Shown here: positions 57,145-64,000 of the stretch, in pieces
How positions within the stretch are numbered: position 1 is the first letter of the stretch
Layout: the number at the start of each line of letters is the position of its first letter
Made by a program: the position numbers and the translations under genes
Notes under the pieces: model-generated
What the model saw: only the letters and a program-made list of their open reading frames with translations
Database searches by the model: none
Told to the model about the DNA's origin: nothing
Source of the DNA: an uncultured Nitrospinota bacterium
Lineage (GTDB): Bacteria; Tectomicrobia; Entotheonellia; J063; CAVPRW01
Assembly (NCBI GenBank): GCA_963707985.1
Contig: CAVPRW010000005.1
Location: 64,001 to 128,000 of the forward strand
DNA length: 64,000 nt
Direction of reading: 5' to 3'

Positions 57145-58928
57145 CCTTCTTCCACGTAGAACAACAGGTCGGCGAGATCAGTCGACGCTTCACGGAGCTG
57201 GTCCCAATCCTGCGCGTTCATCGCCGCCTCTAGCTGTTCGTGCAACGCAATCGCCTCTTCACGATCTTCGGAGGTCATCTTGTCGAGTAGGCGCCGACTG
57301 CGCTCCAGAAGGGCACGCGCTTCGGAGATCTGCACGCGCTGGTCGCGTCCGTCTCCTTCTTCGGTGAACTCCCCTTCAACCACGGTATCGTCCGCATCCA
57401 GATCATCCTCATCCTCGTCCCCAAAGAGCTCGGCTGTGCGACGCCGGGCCTGAGCGATCTCATCCTCGGACAGAGCCGTGGTGGCGCCTTCGATAGTGAT
57501 GTGTTTGGCGAGGCCAGTGCGCTTTTCGGTCGCGGTTACGCGCAAGATGCCGTCGAGGTCGAGGTCCATGCGGCATAGAATCTCATTGCCCGCTGGCACC
57601 CGCGACAGCCCTTCGATTAGGAACTGGCCAACGAGGATGTTATTGAGAGCGTCGGGATCGTCCCCTTGATAGATGGACACCCGCCAGGCTTCCTGGTTGT
57701 CTACGACGGTGAAGTACGAGTCGGTGCGACTGACCGGCAAGGGGGTGTTGCGAGCAATGATCGGATGGTAACAGTGTTCATAGGGTACGCTGTGCCGGAA
57801 ACCCAGGTGTGATGGGCCGAAGGAGTATGGGGAGATATCGACCAGCACGCGATCCACATCATGACCGGCCAGGCGAGCGGCCAGCACACCAGCGCCGAGG
57901 GCGACACAGAGATCCGGGTGGAGGTCCTGGCGCGGCACCAGGCCAGTCTTTTCCTCCAGGAGCCTCGAGATGAGTGGCGTACGCGTGGCGCCACCGACCA
58001 GGAGGATGTCGTCCACCTGATCGGGACGCTTACCGGCATCCGCCAAGGCCTGGTGCACGCTGTCGAGCGTGCCCTCGATCAGGTGGCGAATGAGATCCTC
58101 GTACTCCTCCCGCGACACTTCCAAGTCGAGGTGTACCGGCACGCCAGCGCGCTCGGCCAGGTGTTCTTCACGGATCTGGGCATAGGGCTCAAAACTCAGG
58201 CGCTTCTTCGCCTCCTCAACGGCGTGCAAGAGCCGGCTCATCGCCCGACGGTCCGCCCGTAGGTCCGGCCCTCCCGTGGCCCGAAAGCGCTCGTGGACGA
58301 AATCCAACAGGAGTTGGTCAAAATCATCGCCCCCCAGGTGGGTATTGCCATGGCTCGCGAGCACCTCAGTAATCTCGCCGTGCACTTGCACCAAGGAAAC
58401 ATCGAAGGTGCCGCCCCCCAGGTCGTAGACCAGTACCGTCCGATCCTCATGACGATCGGCACCATAGGCCAATGCTGCGGCAGTTGGCTCGTTGAGGATG
58501 CGCACGACCTCGAGGCCGGCGATCTCCCCCGCGTCACGCGTGGCCTGACGCTGTGCGTCCGAGAAATAGGCCGGTACCGTGATCACGGCCCGCGACACCG
58601 GAGCGCCCAACGCCGCCTCGGCTCGCGTTTTGAGGGCACGTAGAATCAGCGCCGAGATCTCGGCAGGGGAGTACGTCTGCTCGCCGAGCACTACCCGCTG
58701 GTCCGTACCCATGAGGCGTTTGATCGACTTCACCGTGCGCTCTGGGTAAAGGATGTACTGGTTGCGCGCCGGGGTCCCGACCAGTAATTGCCCTTCAGGA
58801 GAGAGCCCCACATACGAGGGCATGATCTGTTCTCCATCGCTGGCCAGCACTTCGACTTTCCCGCCAAGGAGCATGGCGACTTCGGAGTTGGTCGTGCCCA
58901 GGTCGATACCTACAATGTTGTCAGCCAT
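57141..58928 (-). CDS. Hsp70 family protein (accessory DnaK paralogue)
   Basis: GIDLGTTNS, TVPAYF, NEPTAAA, DLGGGTFD, LVGGATR. Confidence 0.95.
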   Translation of the reverse strand: MADNIVGIDLGTTNSEVAMLLGGKVEVLASDGEQIMPSYVGLSPEGQLLVGTPARNQYILYPERTVKSIKRLMGTDQRVVLGEQTYSPAEISALILRALKTRAEAALGAPVSRAVITVPAYFSDAQRQATRDAGEIAGLEVVRILNEPTAAALAYGADRHEDRTVLVYDLGGGTFDVSLVQVHGEITEVLASHGNTHLGGDDFDQLLLDFVHERFRATGGPDLRADRRAMSRLLHAVEEAKKRLSFEPYAQIREEHLAERAGVPVHLDLEVSREEYEDLIRHLIEGTLDSVHQALADAGKRPDQVDDILLVGGATRTPLISRLLEEKTGLVPRQDLHPDLCVALGAGVLAARLAGHDVDRVLVDISPYSFGPSHLGFRHSVPYEHCYHPIIARNTPLPVSRTDSYFTVVDNQEAWRVSIYQGDDPDALNNILVGQFLIEGLSRVPAGNEILCRMDLDLDGILRVTATEKRTGLAKHITIEGATTALSEDEIAQARRRTAELFGDEDEDDLDADDTVVEGEFTEEGDGRDQRVQISEARALLERSRRLLDKMTSEDREEAIALHEQLEAAMNAQDWDQLREASTDLADLLFYVEEG

Positions 58929-59628
58929 GGTCTGGCTCTCCTGTCGTGGTCGGCATGCCGCCGACGACCTTCACTTCGGCGACGCGCAACACACGGCCAT
59001 TGCTGATATAGCCTGGGCGGAAGACGTCGACAACTGTCCCAGGCGCTGCGTCCGACACTTGCACCACCTCCACAGCCTGCATCACGGTAGGGTCGAACGC
59101 CCGTCCCACACACGGGATCTCCTGTACATCAAGTCGGCGCAGCAGATCATCGAAGCGCTCCCGTGCCAGCAGGTTACCCTCCACCAGCGCTTCGAGCACC
59201 GGGCGCTGGCCGAAGTGTGCGCGAAAGCCCTGCAGACTCTCGATGCGGCGCTGGGCCTCTGTCAAACCCCGCGTAAAGCGGTCGCGGACGTCGAGCAACT
59301 CAGTGATCAATTCAAGACGGGCCTCACGCCGGGCTTCTACCAGCTTTCGCGCCATGGCCTCAGGGCTGGTCGCAGTCTCAGCCAGTTGTGTGAGAGCGGC
59401 GCTCAGCTCGGCGTGCAGACGGCTGGTGGCTCGGCCCTGGAGTTGGGTCTCGCGCGTCAGGGCGGTGAGTTGGCTGAGCATGGAAAAGAGATCGGGGGCT
59501 GGCTCCGAAGACCCCATGATCTCAGGCGCCAGTCCAGGGGGTGGAGACTCCGCCTGAGTCAGATCATTGAGCCAGGTGGCGATCGCCTCGACCATCTGCT
59601 GACGGCGTTCCGGGTCAAGGCTATTCAC
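58921..59628 (-). CDS. grpE: GrpE-like nucleotide exchange factor
   Basis: FDPTVMQAV, GY..NGRVLR.AEVKV. Confidence 0.85.
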   Translation of the reverse strand: MNSLDPERRQQMVEAIATWLNDLTQAESPPPGLAPEIMGSSEPAPDLFSMLSQLTALTRETQLQGRATSRLHAELSAALTQLAETATSPEAMARKLVEARREARLELITELLDVRDRFTRGLTEAQRRIESLQGFRAHFGQRPVLEALVEGNLLARERFDDLLRRLDVQEIPCVGRAFDPTVMQAVEVVQVSDAAPGTVVDVFRPGYISNGRVLRVAEVKVVGGMPTTTGEPDHG

Positions 59629-59915
59629 CGACGACCCTCCCGCAGGACGTTGAGCCAGGGGCCGGGCCCGACGTAGCGTCGCTCCTTCGGCATGGCGTCA
59701 AGGAGCTCATCAAAAGTCGCCAACGGAGGCGGACCAAACAGCCGTAGCGCCAGGCGCCGCTCATGGTCTTGTAACGCCTCATAGGCCTCACGGATACGGC
59801 GGAAGCCCTCTGGGTCGCGATCAGGCGGAGATTTTCGTACCGCCGCCAGGTACGCGGCTCGGACGGCCTCATCGTCTGCCGTCTCTTCCAAACCCAGAAC
59901 CGTGAACGGGTTCAT
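59625..59915 (-). CDS. Small J-domain protein with non-canonical SPPDR motif
   Basis: NPFTVLGL...VRAAY...SPPDRDPEGFRRIREAYE. Confidence 0.8.
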   Translation of the reverse strand: MNPFTVLGLEETADDEAVRAAYLAAVRKSPPDRDPEGFRRIREAYEALQDHERRLALRLFGPPPLATFDELLDAMPKERRYVGPGPWLNVLREGRR

Positions 59916-59929
59916 CGTCTCCCTTCCAA

Positions 59930-62359
59930 TCAGGTAAACAAGCCCTCGAATAGCCCCCGCAGCGATGGCCGTCGTGATGATTTGCGCTGACGCCGCCGCC
60001 TCGGCTCTCGGGTATGGGTGAAACGCGGCGTTGCTCGGTGTCGGCGTTCGGAGTTGATCGTGCGCTGGATTTCTTCCTGCGTCGCGGGTGACTCGGACGC
60101 AGCCGGGCCGTCCCACATCCATGGGAGGAGCCAGCTTCCTGCAGAGAGCGTTTGTAGCGCGGCTGAGGCCTCACGCACAGCGTCCATGTCACGGGCTCGT
60201 CCAGCCAATTCGCGCGCCGCGCGGAGACACTGATGGGCGCGTTCCTGCGCTTCGATGCCGGTGGCAGCTTTGAGGGCCTGGCCGCGCGCCAGGAGAAAGC
60301 GGTGCAGCAGCATGCCATCCTGAGCCAGGCCATGGGAGGAGGCGACATAGGTGAGGGCCGGGTTGCCGATCCACAAGCCGCCCATACATAGCGCCTGGAG
60401 CTGTGACACCGAGGCGGTCTTCAGGCCTTTCTCGGCCTGTGCCACCAATGTCTGGGGCACACTGAGCGGACGGTTCAGCGCCCGGAACAGGTCACAGCCC
60501 CGCGCCAGAGCCTCGATGGCCTCCGCTGGTGAAGGTTTCGCCAACGGCTTGGGTGGCTCGATCCCAAAGGACCTGGCGACCGCTTCTAGAAGAAGATCGG
60601 AGAGGGCTGGGTTCCCCACATTGGTGGCAAGCGTTTGCTCGAGTTGCTCGGCAGTCGAGGCGTCCGCTGCTTTCCGCGCCACCACCCAGCGCAACGCCAA
60701 CAGATAGGCCCGATGATCCCCCTCGGCGGCTCGCGGTTCCTGCTCTAGGCGATCGAGGTCTGTCAGCGCCAGCGTCAGCTTGCCTTCCTTGATTCGCCGC
60801 TCAGCTCCGGCCAGGAGCAAGCGAAAGCGACTTTGTCGCACCTCCGGATGGACGCGATTGATCGCCTCGGCCTCGGCGAGGAGGTTGAGTGCTTTGCGCA
60901 CGGCACCGCGGCCCTCAGCTGCATGAATCAGGTAGAGCAGAGGCTCCAGGTCCTGGGGATGGGCGCGGCGCCAAGCCTCCGCTGCGGCCTCGGCGCGCTT
61001 GGGTTGACGCTGATCATGATGCGCGACGAGGGCGCGAAACACCTGTGGGTCGGGGTCTGCTTCCCGAGCCCGCTCCAATAATCCGCCGCGATCGAAACAG
61101 GCCGGCAGCTGGCCAGCGCGCACACGCCGTTGCAAGGCTTCCTCGGACTCCACATCGAAGATGTCCCACACCTCCTCCGGATCGTTCGGAAAGAGTGCGG
61201 CCATATGCAGCAATACGCGTGACAACTCTGGCCCCTTGGCTGGGAGGATGCCGGCCGTAACGGCCACGGTGACATATTCATCCCACAGCACAAGGGCATC
61301 GCTCCAATCCATGCGTTCGATGGTCAGCGCCATCAGCCGCAGGAGGTCCAGATCCTGCTTCCCCCTGGAAAGGATGCGCATCAAAGGTTGCGGGGGCAGG
61401 TCCTGGTGGTACCAGTGGTGTAGGATGGTGGCCAGAAATGTCGATCTGAGCCCAGAGTGGGACGCCTCGAGCCGCGGCAGCACCGCCTGCACCGCTGCCA
61501 CCGCTGCCCGTACATTTTTGGTGTTCAGCGCCTGGGTCAGCTGGGCGAGATGCCTCTCGATCATGGTCCGACCACCGCTCACTTGGTCGAGGAGGGTGGC
61601 GACAGCCACCGACCGCTCCTCCGTGGGCGTGTTCTCTGCAATCAGATGCCGGAGCACTGGGACCAGACGCCCTGGGCCTGAGTCCGGCGGGATGCCGTCC
61701 AGGTTGGCCGTGACAGACGCGTCGGCACCACGATAGAGCGCATCCAGGGCTCTGATTAAAAGCTTCCACGGCGCCAGCGGCGAGTGACGAGAGACCTCGT
61801 CCAAAGCCGCGAGCGCCCCATCAGGGAGAGGACCGGTCGTCACCGCGGTGAAGAGGTCTCGCACGGCGATGGCCGTGCGCTTGAGTGGATGATCGGCTGG
61901 CAGGGCAGTGGAATCGGCCAGCACGGCAGGGTCATGCAGAGTCCGGGTGAGGGTTGCCTCTAACTCACGCCGCTGAGCGGGCGTAGCACGAGATAGTTCG
62001 ATCAGGAGCGGGTCGAAATTCCCGCTGGCGACCTCACTCTGGCGAATCAAGGGAGCCACTCGCCCCTGAGCGGCGGGAAACCGTTCGCTGACCAGCAACG
62101 CCAGCGCCCGGGCTTCCTGATGCATACCGCTCGCCATCAAGGCTTGGATACGTGCCTGGTAGGCTTCCACGGCCAGAGCCTCGGCCTCTGGACCGGGTGC
62201 CTCTTTGAGGTATTGCTTGGCAGCCTCCACCGCTTCCCGTGTCTGACCGCGGGCGAGCAGCGCCTCGATGTGGGCCCGCCAGCCCTCAGAGCCAAGGCCG
62301 GCTATGCTCTGCGGCGCCCCCTTGGCACGGTGGTGTTTGTGTTTTTGGCGCTTCGGCAT
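59930..62359 (-). CDS. Large alpha-helical/TPR-like hypothetical protein
   Basis: 809-aa Ala/Leu-rich ORF with basic termini; heads the Hsp70 operon. Confidence 0.7.
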   Translation of the reverse strand: MPKRQKHKHHRAKGAPQSIAGLGSEGWRAHIEALLARGQTREAVEAAKQYLKEAPGPEAEALAVEAYQARIQALMASGMHQEARALALLVSERFPAAQGRVAPLIRQSEVASGNFDPLLIELSRATPAQRRELEATLTRTLHDPAVLADSTALPADHPLKRTAIAVRDLFTAVTTGPLPDGALAALDEVSRHSPLAPWKLLIRALDALYRGADASVTANLDGIPPDSGPGRLVPVLRHLIAENTPTEERSVAVATLLDQVSGGRTMIERHLAQLTQALNTKNVRAAVAAVQAVLPRLEASHSGLRSTFLATILHHWYHQDLPPQPLMRILSRGKQDLDLLRLMALTIERMDWSDALVLWDEYVTVAVTAGILPAKGPELSRVLLHMAALFPNDPEEVWDIFDVESEEALQRRVRAGQLPACFDRGGLLERAREADPDPQVFRALVAHHDQRQPKRAEAAAEAWRRAHPQDLEPLLYLIHAAEGRGAVRKALNLLAEAEAINRVHPEVRQSRFRLLLAGAERRIKEGKLTLALTDLDRLEQEPRAAEGDHRAYLLALRWVVARKAADASTAEQLEQTLATNVGNPALSDLLLEAVARSFGIEPPKPLAKPSPAEAIEALARGCDLFRALNRPLSVPQTLVAQAEKGLKTASVSQLQALCMGGLWIGNPALTYVASSHGLAQDGMLLHRFLLARGQALKAATGIEAQERAHQCLRAARELAGRARDMDAVREASAALQTLSAGSWLLPWMWDGPAASESPATQEEIQRTINSERRHRATPRFTHTREPRRRRQRKSSRRPSLRGLFEGLFT

Positions 62360-62378
62360 GCGACACCTCTTGCGGCGA

Positions 62379-63685
62379 TTAGGCCGACGTCGGCTGTGCA
62401 AACATCAGCATCTCTTCCGCTACTCCGTGGCCATTCACCGGGACGATCTTGCCATCTTTCACAATTGCCGCCAGGTGCTGGCCGCCCTGCAACACCCGGA
62501 TATCAGCCAGGGGATCGCTCTTGAGAATGATGACATCCGCCAGCTTGCCCGGCTGTAGCGTTCCCAGATCGTCTTCTAGCCCCATGGCGAAAGCGGTGTT
62601 CTTGGTGCTGGCGACGATCGCTTCCATCGGCGTGTAGCCCCCATAGCGCACCAGGATCTCGGCCTCGTGGGCATGCAGTTGTCCGTAGGGCATCAGGGGC
62701 GAATTGCCGCTATCAGTGCCGCACATGACGGTAATTCCCAGCGCCCGGGCGCGTTCCAGCATGTGTACGGCGCTCTCCCAGTGACGCTTGAGCCGGTCCA
62801 TCTCACGAGGTCCCCGTCCGAACTCATCGCCGACTTCCGCCCCACGTTGCAAGAAGGTCATGGTCGGCATCAGTCGTACCCCAGCCTCAGCCACGACCTC
62901 CAGGTCGGTGTCGGTGGCCAGGTCAGCGTGCAGAATCCAATCCATTCCCGCCTCTGCGGCGGCACGGGTCGAGCCTGCCCCACGCGAGTGAATGGTGACG
63001 CGTGCGCCACGTCGATGCGCCTCCTGCACCACGGCCGACAATTCTTCGGGAGCGATCAACTGCGTATCACCCCAGGTGCTATCCGCCAGCTTGATAAAAT
63101 CGACACCATGCTTACACTGCCGCCGTACCTCGGTGATCATCGCCATGACATCATTGGCCAGCACGCCGATGGTATGCTCTGCTGTGCCCACCCATGATGG
63201 CTCGTTGTCCGTGATGCCGCCATAGGTGACGATAAAGCACCCGGCACAGGCGATGCGTGGCCCCTCGATGAGCCCCGCGGCGATCGCGTCGCGGATGGCT
63301 ACGTCGTTGAACCAGGTACCACCAGGCACAGCAACGCTGGTGACACCGCTGCGCAACACCTGCTGGGCATTGCGCGCTGCCCGCAAGGCGCTGAATCCGG
63401 GACTGGTAGTCCCGCGCGTGCTCGGTCCTCCCGAGATTTGGGGGAAGCCGAAGGACAGGTGGCAATGGCCATCGATGAGGCCGGGCATGATCCACTGCCC
63501 CGTGGCATCGATGCTCTCCATGTTGTCCCGATCACCATGGCAGCAGGTCCTCTGGCAGGGGCCCGATGTGCGTAATGCGGTTGCCCTCGATGACCATGGC
63601 CTGATTGACGGGAGGGAGGATTCCCCGCGCCGTCTATCAGGGTGCCATTCTGGATGACGAGAGTCTGTTTCCCCTGAATACCCAT
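62379..63685 (-). CDS. Amidohydrolase family protein, frameshifted near the 5' end
   Basis: IQNGTLIDG, MPGLIDGHCH, DFIK, GTDSG, GKLAD. Confidence 0.88.
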
Positions 63686-64000
63686 ATCGATCTCCTCTTC
63701 AAGCATGTGGCCGGGCGACACGAGGTGTACTGGCCGGGGTGACTTGGATAGGATCGCACGGACACACCCGGGATGGAGCGACTGGCTGTTCATCGGTGGC
63801 AGTACGGCAGGCCATGATGAACGCTCGTTGATGCGAGTGTACGTGGCTTTGTGGGCGATGTCAACGCTCGTGGGTCCGTGGCGGAGATCTTCACATGATG
63901 GCTCCTGGCTCGCCTTGGGAACGCGGCAAAGCGCTGGCAGACTACACCATCCCCATTCCTGGCCCATTCTATGCCGTTGCACATCGCGCAGTCGTCCCCC

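Noticed and set aside
63500..63700. Split amidohydrolase 5' end as a separate gene
   Set aside because: The N-terminal motifs join the main ORF after indel correction; probably sequencing error.

Overview
GC-rich bacterial chromosomal window. Left to right: (1) a minus-strand sulfur/Fe-S operon with four cysteine desulfurase genes, cysE, iscU, an IscU-like protein fused to an ACP-like domain, and a divergent folD; (2) queG-comF and gap-pgk-tpiA-secG-tRNA-Leu(GAG); (3) a ~22.6 kb island integrated in the tRNA 3' end (18-bp att repeats at 14512 and 37133, matching arm-type repeats, no integrase seen) with a decayed SNF2-helicase/DUF1156-methylase/DUF499 defence cassette, two IS elements, a TIGR04255-type three-gene cassette, a satellite-like primase/excisionase module and HEPN-MNT/hicB genes; (4) PAS sensor kinases, TetR/MBL hydrolase, CHRD, M48 peptidase, a branched-chain-type ABC transporter and a CoA-transferase/LLM/hydrolase operon; (5) an accessory Hsp70-GrpE-J-domain-TPR operon and an amidohydrolase. 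The most striking signal: both IS transposase genes appear densely mutated, mostly by A:T->C:G transversions (judged against family sequences recalled from memory, not an alignment), while IS ends and neighbouring dead cargo genes look largely spared. This hints at repeat-targeted, RIP-like mutagenesis. Many single-base frameshifts, mainly near the window ends, may be sequencing errors. Family assignments rest on motif recognition only; no searches were run.
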